A stretch of 63,826 nucleotides of DNA, counting the filler, from Octopus bimaculoides (Eukaryota): NCBI RefSeq assembly GCF_001194135.2. It is 6 parts of 5 records of this genome, joined end to end, with 100 filler letters (N's around TTAATTAATTAA, not from the genome) between each part and the next. Parts side by side here need not be neighbours in the genome. Positions count along the whole stretch, not along the records: positions 8,039 to 20,781 come from NC_068993.1; positions 20,882 to 39,078 come from NC_068981.1; 4 more parts are not named here. The stretch is one strand, 5' to 3'. The notes beneath the pieces are model-generated. The model ran no database searches. It was not told the DNA's origin and saw nothing but the letters and a program-made list of their open reading frames with translations. Shown here in pieces: positions 11,783 through 24,477 of the stretch (positions are counted from its first letter, which is position 1; each line of letters opens with the position of its first letter). A program made the position numbers and the translations under genes.

Positions 11783-12004
11783 AAGGCACCGAGCTGCCGG
11801 AGTAGTTTGCACGCCGGACAAAATTCATGGCAGCATTTCGTCCGTCTTTACGCTCTGAGTTCAAATTCCGCTGAGGTCGACTTTGCCTTTCATTCTTTCA
11901 GAGTCGATAAAACAAGTACCAGTTGAGCACTGGGGGTCGATGTAATTGACTTACCCCTTCTCGCCAAAAAAATTACTGGCATTGTGCTAAAATTTGAAAC
12001 CATT
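11783..12004 (+). mobile_element. tRNA-derived SINE, family B
   Basis: GAGTTCAAATTCC B-box, GTCGACTTTGCCTTTCAT..GTCGATAAAA..AAGTACCAG body, AAATTTGAAACCA end. Confidence 0.9.
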
Positions 12005-14382
12005 GCTATATTTTCTGTTTCCGTTTCTGTGAAATTAGTGAAAGGATTTTAGATGTATACGCTAGAAATTTTGCATATCTTTGAGTTCCCTGCAGAATTT
12101 CAAAAATTCCTCTCATGGTTATATAGCGTATCCATCTCATAAATACTTTGGCTATTCTATACGTGGGTTTATTGATTTGCAAGACTATAGGTAGGTTACT
12201 GGATTTGTTCGTCTTAACGGTACCATAAATATACGCAGATCTAAACGCTCTTTCCATGTAATGATAGGAGGGCGGTGAGTATGTTTCTTCTTTAAACGTT
12301 TGCAGTTTATTTTTGAAAATGAGATCGCGGAAGCGTCGAAATGTCAGACGTCATGGATTTAGCAACGTTATTGTTTCGACCCAAACACGAAAAGCAAATA
12401 AGAAAAAATCTTTAATAAAAAGATCAAACATGAAAATAGTTGCGCTTTTACTGCATCAATATTACTCTCACTTTCTGTTGCGTTGTTGTCTTTATTGAAC
12501 GGGCTTCGACGTAGCCAACGAATAGGTTCGCATAGTTGGGGCCCATTCTCGTTCCCATGGCCACTCCCTAGAAGTTGGTAAAACTCCCCCACGAACGAGA
12601 AACAGTTGAGCAGGAGAAGTTCAGACAGACAAATACGTGTAAACGTGTTAGGTTGGGGGGGGGGGGTTGAAGGTCTAGGAAGTATTTAGGGCAAGAAGTC
12701 CTTCGTTGTATGGGATCATCGTATATAAACTTTTGATATCAAGAGTAAAGAGAAGTTTAGAGGGGCCAGGAGAGATGTGTGTATGTATATGTATATGTAT
12801 CTATGTATGCCTCTGTGTATCTATGTATCTATATAAAGTATATTAGAATACCCCCAATATTTTATCGTAATATAATCTCCATCCAAACAATTTTTAACAA
12901 CACCAAACTCAAGATATTTAAAAGAAAACTACAAACATCAACACTTCGATTTTTATTGAACCTATGCTGTGTGACTCATCAAACTAGTATTATCTGTGAA
13001 TATTTGTTTGTGAATTCTAAAATAGCACAAAACTAACTGAAGACTTATAATCAATCACAAGAACTCTAATACGAATTGTTACCTGAATACGACACATCTG
13101 TTTTCTTATTTATTTTCACGCCTGACTGAGCACTAAACAATAACAAAATGATCCTATCGTACTAGAACAGTTGTTTCCACCATCCGTTTCATTTAACCCA
13201 CGCCTTGCAAACACATACTTTTCTCTTAGAATTTCTCCATTCCCTCTTTCCTACACAACCATTTCCACTGACAACCTACATTCAATTCCTATTCATATTA
13301 CTCAACCCAAACCATAGACTAATGACGGCTGCTAAGTCGAAATTTCCTTGTAAGAATGAATATTTATGTGTGTATACATGTATGCATTTACATATAGTGA
13401 GAGATACGTGGTTTTGGAGAGTTTTATTCTTCTTTGAAGCAAACAGCTACATATTGCACCCTGACTTATATATATATATATATACATACATATANNNNNN
13501 NNNNNNNNNNNNNNNNNNNNNNNNNNNNNNNNNNNNNNNNNNNNNNNNNNNNNNNNNNNNNNNNNNNNNNNNNNNNNNNNNNNNNNNNNNNNNNNNNNNN
13601 NNNNNNNNNNNNNNNNNNNNNNNNNNNNNNNNNNNNNNNNNNNNNNNNNNNNNNNNNNNNNNNNNNNNNNNNNNNNNNNNNNNNNNNNNNNNNNNNNNNN
13701 NNNNNNNNNNNNNNNNNNNNNNNNNNNNNNNNNNNNNNNNNNNNNNNNNNNNNNNNNNNNNNNNNNNNNNNNNNNNNNNNNNNNNNNNNNNNNNNNNNNN
13801 NNNNNNNNNNNNNNNNNNNNNNNNNNNNNNNNNNNNNNNNNNNNNNNNNNNNNNNNNNNNNNNNNNNNNNNNNNNNNNNNNNNNNNNNNNNNNNNNNNNN
13901 NNNNNNNNNNNNNNNNNNNNNNNNNNNNNNNNNNNNNNNNNNNNNNNNNNNNNNNNNNNNNNNNNNNNNNNNNNNNNNNNNNNNNNNNNNNNNNNNNNNN
14001 NNNTATATATATATATATATATATATGCACACACACATATATATGTGTGTGTGTGTTTTCGACGATTATGATTTAATTGTCCAATCAACTTAGTCACGCG
14101 CTCATTGAATTCACATGTAAGCAGTTGAGTATTCCGTAAACCCGTGTAACATTAGCGTAATTCTCTGCCAGAATCAACGTGAGACGTTGTATGACAAACA
14201 TGTGTCTTCGAATTACAGGAACAAGTCTGATAGGTTTAACATTTTATCCCACAATGGAAGAGTCTACTAGAAACAATAGGGAATGGCATATTGTGCCAAA
14301 ATGTTACGCAATCAAGACCATTTGGTTGCGAAGCAAACTCTTTTATGACTTGGCCAAGTTGCTTTGATAAGTACGCAGGCAG

Positions 14383-14383
<1 letters not shown>

Positions 14384-14469
<86 letters not shown>
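14384..14469. repeat. (CA)n microsatellite
   Basis: About 43 perfect units. Confidence 0.95.
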
Positions 14470-14475
<6 letters not shown>

Positions 14476-14619
14476 TACATATATATGTATATATACACAC
14501 ACGATGGTAGTCTCTCGTAGACTGAGAAAGACTGTTCGGTAATTTCTAGCTGAACGACCTGTACAAATGATTTGTTTATAGTGACCAAATGTCTGTGCTG
14601 TTCCTTGGCTCAGTCCCGC

Positions 14620-14798
14620 CATCCGTCGACATTGCTTGAACAGGTGCACGATGTGCTTCACATCAGGTGTCGCAGTCGTCACAGCGCAACGTGGGATGAA
14701 GTGTCTTGCTCAAGAACACAACGCACCACCCAGTGCACAACTTGAAACTACGGACTCGCGATGGTCAGTGCAACATCCAAACCACTTGGCTATGCGCC
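14620..14798 (-). mobile_element. tRNA-derived SINE, family D
   Basis: Reverse strand GGCGCATAGCCAAGTGG..GTGTTCTTGAGCAAGACACTTCAT..CACCTGTTCAAGC. Similar to 22623-22835. Confidence 0.7.
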
Positions 14799-14846
14799 AT
14801 CACAGATAATCACATACATACATTCAAACATACATACATACATACA

Positions 14847-14877
<31 letters not shown>

Positions 14878-16027
14878 GTACGTACGTAAGTGCATACTTA
14901 CATACATGCGTACATACGGACGTACGTACGTACGTGCGTACATACGTACATATATATTGTCCTGGGTATGACTTTAAACTGCATCTGGTAGTGGAGCCTT
15001 AATTCGGGAGTTCCTAGATTTCGAGGACTGAAACCACCACTTTAGCCTATATTGTTCTTATCTCTACTCTGACCCGGTTTAATAGTCACTACCAATGTCT
15101 AAGCTGTTGATTAATTAGCATGTAAATATGAACCTCAGAGAGTAAGGGACTCTTAGATGTTGTCATAGCATCCTTCTAGAAGAGGAATACTCTAATGCAA
15201 AACCTGAAGGTTCACATGATTACAGGTCATCTCGCTTCGATTTATTACTAGGAACTAACCACGGAGACTCAGAGACTGTTACTCATGTTGTACAAACGTT
15301 TCTCACTGTAATCCGATGATGTACAGATGTGTTTTTATAGAGAGCTTATTTGTCATTTATCATTCCATCTACTAAACGTCCAGCGCAATGAAACTGTGAT
15401 GAAGTGTACCGATTTAACCAGCTGGAAGCGCACAGGTAGGAGGCAGTGGAACTGAATAGTCGTCCGAGAGGTCATGGCCAGAAAGTCAGCAATGCCATTG
15501 ATTAAAATAAAGCACAAGACGACTACAATCTCCTATGAAGATGGATCAACCATAATAAATGTTTGTATGAAGAGCAACGTGGTTCACATAAGGCATTGCG
15601 TTATAAGAAAGCAGAGGAACGCAACAACGAATTCTAATAACCCAGAAATCGCTGTGTTACCTTCTGGTGGTTTCTGGTTCGTAGAAAGATTCGTTGCTGC
15701 TCTCCTTTGTAGAAGGGAAATGGGTCATTCACCCGAAATATGTAAGCAGTGAATAAGTCATTAACTCTTTCCTCGCACTATTTCTTGTCTATTGCCTTTG
15801 TCGTTCATTTGAGTTTGAGGACAATGTGTAATGGTTGTGCCTATTTATGTGTGTTCGGGTGTATCTGCGAATTTTGTGCACCACACGAAAAGACTATTTT
15901 CCCACCCAACGAGCGCTTCCGATCTCTTATCAAACATTGATATGTGTGTTGTGTATGCGTGTATATATGTGTGCGTAAATATGAATGTGTGTTTGTAAGT
16001 CTGTATCTACTACCCTTTAAAAATATA

Positions 16028-16071
<44 letters not shown>

Positions 16072-16851
16072 TCTGTGTGTCTGTATGTATGTATGTACGT
16101 ATTTATGTATACATGTATGTCATTTTGTACCCATAAGTAGTGAAAATATTTATCATTAATTAAATATGTTAATAAGAAAGAAACAAAAAGTTTATAACTG
16201 GGGCGCTAATGCTGGTTGGTTTACAGAGTAATGTCAATATAATAACTAAATTTAGATATTAAAACTAGGTTTTGTTCGCTATGAGCCGAGACTTCACATA
16301 TGCGTATGCATGCGTGTTTGTGTGTGTGTGTTTGTGTGTGTGTGTTTGTGTGTGTGTGTTTGTTTGTTTAAACCAGCATGTAAGACTATTTTTCGGAAAC
16401 TGCAGTCGGAATCATCTCATCCGATAGAATACCAGCAGTACAAGCAACACCGCTCACCCATTCCACTCTCCTTTCCTTTTGCTGTTTAGAGAATGCAGAG
16501 AGCCACTGACTGGACCTGACCACTCTATTCAATCAGAATGTCTGATGAGGCTGTTTGCTCGTTTATACTGGTTTACTTGGTCAGAAAGAAAAAAAAAATA
16601 CGTAAACCAATCAATATATAAATACACAAATATACAGGTTGGCCCAAAATTCGCTCTACCATTGAATATGTACACAAACGTTTTAAATGGTAGCTTGGAT
16701 TTTAGGCCACTCTGTACATACCTGTATGCATACATACACATACATACATACACACACACACGCACGCACACTTATATATATATAATTTATATATAAATAA
16801 ATATATATATATAATTATATATATACATACAAATATATACATATATACACA

Positions 16852-16903
<52 letters not shown>

Positions 16904-18190
16904 TATATATATGAATATATATATGTATGAATGTATGTATACATACACACACACACACACACATAGACACACACACATATATACATACGGATGTATATGG
17001 GTGTGTATTTATATTCTCACATACGGACACATATGCGTGTGTACAACTGTGTGTTTGTGTGTGTTTCTGTATGTATGTATGCACGCATGTATGTCTATAT
17101 GAATGCGTGCATATGGGAGGGCCCAAGGGTGATTATCCCACTGCTTGTATGTGTTTGCATGTGTGCATGTGAGTGCGTGTACGTGCACGTGTTGGGGTAG
17201 TTGAGTTCGAGTCAACTCGAACTCAAAATATTTACTCCTCACTTCACCTACACTAAAAGGGGAAAAATGAGAAAGTAATACGGGTTATTTCTTGTGCTAT
17301 TAATTTTTATTGTTCACTGGCTGTAAATTGCACGATTTAGACATGATCTGTAAACTTTGAAATAAACGCTGAGCTGGTTCCGTAACTTCAGTATTATGGT
17401 ATAAAACAGATCCAATAAATGAGCACTTTATTGGGTAGTTCCTTAATACAGATACCTGCTGATGACACGGAAGGGTTTCCAGCACTGCAATGGATTTAGA
17501 ATAGTTTGCAAAATCCATTGAGGAGCTCCTGCAGTTTCTGCATGGGGCCAACCATCTCGGATCTTTATTTTTCCCATCACTGTCATATAGTCTAAAAAGC
17601 TGTAAAACAATTTATAAACTCTCTCTAAATTAACATTTTCAGACATCGCAAAACCCTCTCTGAATTAACATGTTCAGACTTCGCTTTTCATTGGACCCTA
17701 TCGAGGAGTTGCCCAAGGAATTTTCCTCCACGACCCTCCTAAGAATAGCAGACGAAGAAGATGAATGGACGGATGGAATCACTTCCTCTGAAACTGAACT
17801 CAAATACCAAGTAAATATCGTTTTCCCACCATTTGGCTGGAAGCCAATGTCTCGTAAACTTCTTTTTTACCCGATAACCCCAGCTTGACTTCATCGACTC
17901 AGGACTAATAACTTTCTGCTCTTCTGCTACTGTGTCCTGTTAATAATGTGATGTAGAATTGCGTTTTCAGTACCACTGCGTTGAATGATGAAACGCCTGT
18001 GTTGGTAAAGTGTAGGACTATCAACTAACAGTTCTTGAGTTCAGATCTGCTGTGGGTGTTCCGTTACGATTGTACGTACGACAATCGTATTTTGGCAATG
18101 ACTATTGCGTTATCTGGCTATGTTCCCTATTTGTTTTAATGGTTTGGTTACAAGAAACAGGGTAGCGCCTACGACCCTTTTCCAGAGCAT

Positions 18191-18348
18191 ATACGACGGG
18201 CTTCTTTCAGTTTCCGTCTACCAAATCCACTCACAAGTCTTTGGTCGGCCCGCGGCTATATAGCTGAAGACACTCACCCAAGGTGCCACGTTATGGGACT
18301 GAACCCGGAATCATGACGTTGGTAAGCAAGCTACTTACCACACAGCCA
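18191..18348 (-). mobile_element. SINE family A, 5' half
   Basis: Matches the family A head and CORE-like segment. All CpGs are intact. Confidence 0.9.
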
Positions 18349-18699
18349 TATATATACATGCATATGTAGATTGAGAGATAAATAGATACACTGTGTGTAT
18401 CTAGAAATGTCATTGTTTGTATTTGTGTGTGGTGTGTGTCTCTGTATGTGCTCTCTGTNNNNNNNNNNNNNNNNNNNNNNNNNNNNNNNNNNNNNNNNNN
18501 NNNNNNNNNNNNNNNNNNNNNNNNNNNNNNNNNNNNNNNNNNNNNNNNNNNNNNNNNNNNNNNNNNNNNNNNNNNNNNNNNNNNNNNNNNNNNNNNNNNN
18601 NNNNNNNNNNNNNNNNNNNNNNNNNNNNNNNNNNNNNNNNNNNNNNNNNNNNNNNNNNNNNNNNNNNNNNNNNNNNNNTATATATATATATATATATAT

Positions 18700-18890
18700 G
18701 TATATCGAAATGTGGAGTAGATAAACAGCCGACAACTGATGGAGGGTCGTTCTTTATGTTACTTGTCTTGTTTTCTACTTGTTTCTCTCGTTGTTCGCAA
18801 AAAAAAGTCTGTCTTCGTATATCATGTTGTTTTTCGTATTTCGGATTTCATATTTTCGTATTTCATGTCGTTTACGTTTTGTGACGTCCT
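18700..18890 (+). mobile_element. Unclassified short repeat beside (TA)n, possibly Penelope-LTR-like
   Basis: T-rich body flanked by (TA)n, containing CTGATGG but with no matching GAAAC. Confidence 0.2.
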
Positions 18891-19062
18891 GTACACATAT
18901 ATGCATATATATAGTTATATACATATATATGTCAGTATGTACACATATGTATGTATATATGCCTATATATATGTTTTATTTATATTGTTATATGACTGAA
19001 CGCCACGCATCCATTTCCAAATAGGTTTATCTTATATATAGATAATTATTATATATATATAA

Positions 19063-19193
19063 AATTATTGCCACTTGTCTATGTACAACATTCCATTTGA
19101 TGTATACAAATATATATTCCAATACAACTTGTATTAGAATATATATTTGTATACATCAAATGGAAAGTTGTACACAGACAAGTGGCAATAATT
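19063..19193. repeat. 131-bp near-perfect palindrome (65-bp arms, 1-nt loop)
   Basis: 19063-19127 versus the reverse complement of 19129-19193 shows 3 mismatches in 65. Confidence 0.95.
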
Positions 19194-19504
19194 CCTTCTA
19201 AACCAGGTTCCAGGCTAAGCGTTTTGATGGAAATAAGAATCATCGATACAATTATACGACTTGGATTTTATTTGTTTATTTAATTTGTTTATTTTATTTT
19301 ATTTTATTTTATTTTATTTTATTTTTATCAACCTCTAAATGATTACAAACATTGTAGAACATAAAGAACCAGAATAAATACTGCAAGACATTTCTTTGGA
19401 AGCTCAAATGGTTCTTCCGTTCCACCACTTGCAGGAAGTAACGTTCAAAGAAGGGCTGCCTCTGGCTGTTTATCTCTACATGTCTGTCTCTCTGAATATA
19501 TATA

Positions 19505-19552
<48 letters not shown>

Positions 19553-20127
19553 NNNNNNNNNNNNNNNNNNNNNNNNNNNNNNNNNNNNNNNNNNNNNNNN
19601 NNNNNNNNNNNNNNNNNNNNNNNNNNNNNNNNNNNNNNNNNNNNNNNNNNNNNNNNNNNNNNNNNNNNNNNNNNNNNNNNNNNNNNNNNNNNNNNNNNNN
19701 NNNNNNNNNNNNNNNNNNNNNNNNNNNNNNNNNNNNNNNNNNNNNNNNNNNNNNNNNNNNNNNNNNNNNNNNNNNNNNNNNNNNNNNNNNNNNNNNNNNN
19801 NNNNNNNNNNNNNNNNNNNNNNNNNNNNNNNNNNNNNNNNNNNNNNNNNNNNNNNNNNNNNNNNNNNNNNNNNNNNNNNNNNNNNNNNNNNNNNNNNNNN
19901 NNNNNNNNNNNNNNNNNNNNNNNNNNNNNNNNNNNNNNNNNNNNNNNNNNNNNNNNNNNNNNNNNNNNNNNNNNNNNNNNNNNNNNNNNNNNNNNNNNNN
20001 NNNNNNNNNNNNNNNNNNNNNNNNNNNNNNNNNNNNNNNNNNNNNNNNNNNNNNNNNNNNNNNNNNNNNNNNNNNNNNNNNNNNNNNNNTATATATACAC
20101 ACATATGTACATACAGGTACATATGCA

Positions 20128-20470
20128 TATTTGTAAGGTTCCCCATTAAGCGAGTGGTCAAGCCGTTGCATTGGCTGGTTTGTGTAACTATCCCGGCTCT
20201 CTGTGCTCGGGGTTTAAACCACGCCTTGGTCATCTTTAAATTTCATCTTTGAAGGGGTGATAAGTAAGAATCCAGTCTTTTACAAGGGGAGGATATGTTC
20301 CTGTTCTGTGAGTCTTTCCCGTCTTGGGTGCCGTCACACCGGTTTCTTCTCATGAGCTGTTGACGGGAGATCAAAGCACCCTCATTACTTTTGTTGGTCT
20401 TAGTTCCAAGAATTATTACTGAGACAAGGAAACATCCCGGATATTTTAAGGAGCTCCTATTGACATACAT
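20128..20470 (+). mobile_element. Possible tRNA-headed SINE (family E)
   Basis: AGCGAGTGGTCAAGC A-box-like and GGTTTAAACC B-box-like motifs. Single copy in this window. Confidence 0.3.
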
Positions 20471-20499
20471 TGTCTTTTTATATATGTATAGCCACCCCG

Positions 20500-20530
<31 letters not shown>

Positions 20531-20746
20531 ATATTAGGGATAAAAATCCCAATTTACAGGTAAAAACTCAATTAAATTCAATTTACCCAAAATGAAATTA
20601 AATTAAGTTTCATAGTAAATAATATATAAATATATAATTACTTTCTTTTTTATTTTATTTCTTTTTAGTGTATTTATTTATCAATTTTTTCTTTATGTGA
20701 CTGTGGATTTTCATGGATGAGCTCATGAACCTTGGTTCTCTTCTCT

Positions 20747-20781
<35 letters not shown>

Positions 20782-20891
20782 NNNNNNNNNNNNNNNNNNN
20801 NNNNNNNNNNNNNNNNNNNNNNNNNTTAATTAATTAANNNNNNNNNNNNNNNNNNNNNNNNNNNNNNNNNNNNNNNNNNNNATATATATAC

Positions 20892-20959
<68 letters not shown>

Positions 20960-21477
20960 TTCTCTCTCTCATATGTGTGTGTATGTTTGTGTGTGTATAC
21001 TCACACATACATAATGACATGTGTGTGGCACACACATGTACATGCATGCACACATAAACACATATTTAATTGTACTAATCTCTCTCTCTCTCTTCCTAGG
21101 TACCTTCCACCCTTGTTTAACCTTCTCTTCTCTACTTCAAACGTAACTTATTTCTATTTTCTTAGTCTTTCTTTTTCCCCACATTCTCTTTTTTACTTCA
21201 CTTTTACTGTTGCAATTCCACATTCTTTTCAAATATTCCATAGTCTTTCTATACTTGTTATTCTGCTCTTTCTCTCTCTCTCTCTCTCTTTTTTTTTTTT
21301 TTTTTTTTTTTTTTTGCTTTAAAGTGAATGCATTTTCATTCAGTTCAACAATAGAGAGTAAATTTGAACAAGGAAAAATCCCCAGAGTTTATCTGCATTA
21401 CAATACTTAGATCCTGTTTTTTAAGTGAGACAGCTCAATAAGTGAATATCTTTTCAAGTTTCCTTCTTTTAATATTG

Positions 21478-21692
21478 GTTTCAAATTTTGGCACAAGGCC
21501 TAGCAAGTTTGAGGGGCCAGATGAGTCAATTACATTGACCCCTGTGCTCAACTGGTACTTAATTTATTGATCCAGAAAGGGCAAAAGGCAAAGCTGATCT
21601 CATCGGAATTTGAACTCAGAATGTAAAAACAGATAAAATACCGCTAAGCATTTTTGCCTGGTGTGCTAACAATTCTGCCATCTCACTGCCTT
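21478..21692 (-). mobile_element. SINE family B, CpG-decayed
   Basis: Reverse complement of the family B body, with many CG to TG/CA changes. Confidence 0.85.
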
Positions 21693-21967
21693 CTTCCTTT
21701 CCTTTAATATTAGAAATTAGACTTTTGTTGCTTTATCACAAAGCTTTTTGTAGTAGCATTATTATTTTATTATATAAGGGCCTTTGCTATACAACTTTAC
21801 TGAATTGGCATTCTGAGCAACCGTAAAAATCTAATTAGAGAGTTCTGATGTTTATATACAAAAGAAATAAACTGAACATAAACAGAAAAATAATATTAAT
21901 ATTAATACAGAAATCAATACTAGGAAGCCCAATGCTTGAATTATTTATATGTGTGCCTGTATGTGTG

Positions 21968-22132
21968 TTTGATGGGCTTCTTTCAGTTTCCATCTTCAAA
22001 ATCTACTCACAAGGCTTTGGTCAGCCTGAGGCTATAGTAGAAGACACTTGCCCAAGGTGCCACATAGTGGGACTGAACCTGGAACTATGTGGTTGGGAAG
22101 CCAACTTCTTACCACACAGCCACACCTGTGCC
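21968..22132 (-). mobile_element. SINE family A, 5' half, CpG-decayed
   Basis: Close to 18191-18348, but all 7 compared CpG sites are converted. Confidence 0.9.
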
Positions 22133-22164
22133 TATGTTGATTCAGATTACAATACATGATCATC

Positions 22165-22409
22165 TGCAGTAGAATTAGCATCAGTGTCTTAATGTCTGCT
22201 TTTCCACACATGCATGTGTTGGATGAAATTTATTGAAACAAATTTTCAGCAACCAGATGCTCTTCCAGTTGCCAATCCTCATTTGTTTCTAGACGAGGTA
22301 TTATTTCCTCTTGACTGGACATATTTGCATGGAAGATTGGAAATAAATGCTACCACTTATATGATGATGGTACTTCTTGACAGTTTCCATGTCAAGTCAA
22401 AACTAGAAG

Positions 22410-22410
<1 letters not shown>
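22165..22410 (-). mobile_element. Old SINE or LINE-tail repeat (family F)
   Basis: Reverse strand GGATTGGCAACTGGAAGAGCATCTGGTTGCTGAAAA resembles GGGATTGGCATCCAGCAGTAAA at about 26200. Confidence 0.35.
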
Positions 22411-22459
<49 letters not shown>

Positions 22460-22519
22460 TTGCTCACACATTTTAATGCTTACAATTTTGATGCTTAGAA
22501 GTAAAACCTTTTTAATGTA

Positions 22520-22588
22520 GGTGGCGGGGCTCCGAAAGGGGTCTCAGCCACCCCCATTAATGGGGATAAAACCCAGATTTAAAACACT
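22520..22588 (+). other. GAAA-tetraloop hairpin plus (GAT)n tail, probable retroposon 3' end
   Basis: GGTGGC-GGGGCTCC-GAAA-GGGGTCTC-A-GCCACC forms 14 pairs (3 G-U) with one bulged A. Followed by CCCCATTAATGGGG and, after a short spacer, (GAT)5. Confidence 0.55.
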
Positions 22589-22622
22589 GGATGATGATGA
22601 TGATGAATGTAGCCTAATTCAG

Positions 22623-22835
22623 TAAGGACACATGACTTGGTTGTTAGGGTAATGCACTCAGAATTGCGAGATCATGGTTTCAGTTCCTTGATTGGGTGGT
22701 GCATTGTATTCTTGAACAAAACACTTCATCTCATGTTGCTCTGCGATCACATCAACACCTGACATGTGGTACACCATACACCTGTTCAAGCAAAGTAGAT
22801 TTGATGGAGAGAGTGAGCTAATGTGCAGCACATAC
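22623..22835 (+). mobile_element. SINE family D, CpG-decayed
   Basis: Similar to the reverse complement of 14620-14798. Confidence 0.65.
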
Positions 22836-22844
22836 ATTTTTATT

Positions 22845-23019
22845 CTTTTATTATTCTATTTCGGTCATTTGACTGCAGCCATGCTGGAACACCACCTTTT
22901 TAGTCGAAGAAATTGACCCCAGAACTTATTCTTTGTAAGCCTAGTATTTATTCTAACAGTCTCTTTTACCGAACAATTAAGTTCCGGGGACGTAAGCATA
23001 CCAGCTTCGGTTGTCAAGA
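22845..23019 (-). mobile_element. SINE family A, 3' half (split by later insertions)
   Basis: Family A tail sequence stops at GGTTGTCAAG exactly where the mariner begins. Confidence 0.85.
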
Positions 23020-23021
23020 TA

Positions 23022-24199
23022 TATCAGGTCATCCCATACATTCTGCCTGATTATACCCTTTTTTAAAAGTTGAATGAAATTTAATAGTATTTTAGAATGT
23101 CTAATGGAATTAAAATTTTTTTTTATGCATTTATGCACATTTAAACTAATTGAATATTATTTTACAGGATAATAGAGTTAAAATTTTTTTGATTAAAGCC
23201 CTTTCTAACATGGAAGTATCCAAAGAGCATTTAAGGCACATAATGCTTTATGAGTACAAAAAAGGAAACTCTGTAGCCGCAGCGACTTGAAACATACTCT
23301 CTGTTTATGGGAAAGAATGTCTGAAGGAAAGAACTTGCAGAAGATAGTTTGCAAAATTCAGAAGTGGAGATTTCAGCCTTGAAGATAGAGATCGAACAGG
23401 ATGCCCAGTTGAGTTTGATGATAAGCTCCTTGAGGCATTGCTTGAAGAAAATCCTGCATTATCAGTTGAAGGATTGGCAATAAAGCTTAGTTCAAACCAT
23501 ACTGCCTCATGAATTGTCCGAAAGCAACCACAAATCCTGAGTTGACATCTGCTCTTCTCTCCATTCTCGCAAACTCATTTCACTCTTTTTGAATAGACTT
23601 GTGACTGGTGACGTAAAATGGATCTTCTATTGAAATGTTAAACGTTGTAAACAGTGGCTTGGTAAAAGGGAAAAAGGTCAATCAAAACCGAGAAGGGAAC
23701 TTCATGGGTAAAAGGTTCTTCTCTCTATCTGGTGGGATTGCAAAGGAGTAATTCATTTTGAATTGTTACCATCTAATGCAACAATCAATGCTCAAGTCTA
23801 CTGTTAGCAATTAGAGCGTTTGAACCAAGCTTTGAAGGAAAAAAAGACCCACTCCAGTGAACTGTTTTCAGGACAATGCGCAACCTCACACTACCAAGAT
23901 CACATCACAGAAGATTGAAGAGCTTGGTTGAGAAAAAATTCCTCATCCACCTTATTCTCCCGACCTTGCTCCTTCAGACTACCATTTGTTTCATAGTTTA
24001 CAGAATCATTTGGGGACATAACTTTCGCAAGCCAGGAGGAGGTTGAAACTGACATTTCAGAGTACTTTGCTTTGAAACCAAAAGAGTTTTACATTGATGT
24101 GATTAAAAAGCTTGTAAAAAGATGGAAGGAAGTCATAGATAATCAGGGAAAGTGCATTGATGATTAAATTTCAATTACATATAACATTTGATCACTTGT
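23022..24199 (+). mobile_element. Mariner (D,D34D) transposon, decayed and internally deleted
   Basis: From ATG 23210: MEVSKEHLRHIMLYEYKKG..FAKFRSGDFSLED..; (W)VPHEL remnant PHELS; LNRLVTGDVKWIFY; KVLLSIWWDCKG; HPPYSPDLAPSDYHLF; stop at 24165-24167. Several in-frame stops. The right end runs into a gap. Confidence 0.93.
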
Positions 24200-24275
24200 N
24201 NNNNNNNNNNNNNNNNNNNNNNNNNNNNNNNNNNNNNNNNNNNNNNNNNNNNNNNNNNNNNNNNNTATATATATA

Positions 24276-24470
24276 TGGGAGAATTTACGAAAAAAACAAC
24301 AGACAAAGACAGGCGGTGTAAACAACAAATGGATGTATTAGTTTAACGCTTGAGAATAGAGAAAGTCTTTGACGTTTCGAGCCTACAATCTTCAACTGAA
24401 AGGAACACAGAAAGAAATAAGGAGAGAAACAAGGAGAAAAAATATATAAATGTAGTGGTCAGCGATCTAT
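24276..24470 (-). mobile_element. Short Penelope-LTR-like repeat with hammerhead-like motif (HH family 2)
   Basis: Reverse strand CTTT-CAGTTGA-A-GATT(GTAG)GCTC-GAAACGT-C-AAAG. Same family as 61017-61198. Abuts (TA)n. Confidence 0.6.
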
Positions 24471-24477
24471 CATGGCG

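Noticed and set aside
12300-12660. CpG-rich unique segment, possible promoter or first exon
   Set aside because: No recognisable motif arrangement, ORF or splice donor to support a call from sequence alone.
16551-16585. CTGATGA-GGC..GCTC as a possible hammerhead core
   Set aside because: It is followed by GTTTA rather than GAAA, so there is no catalytic core.
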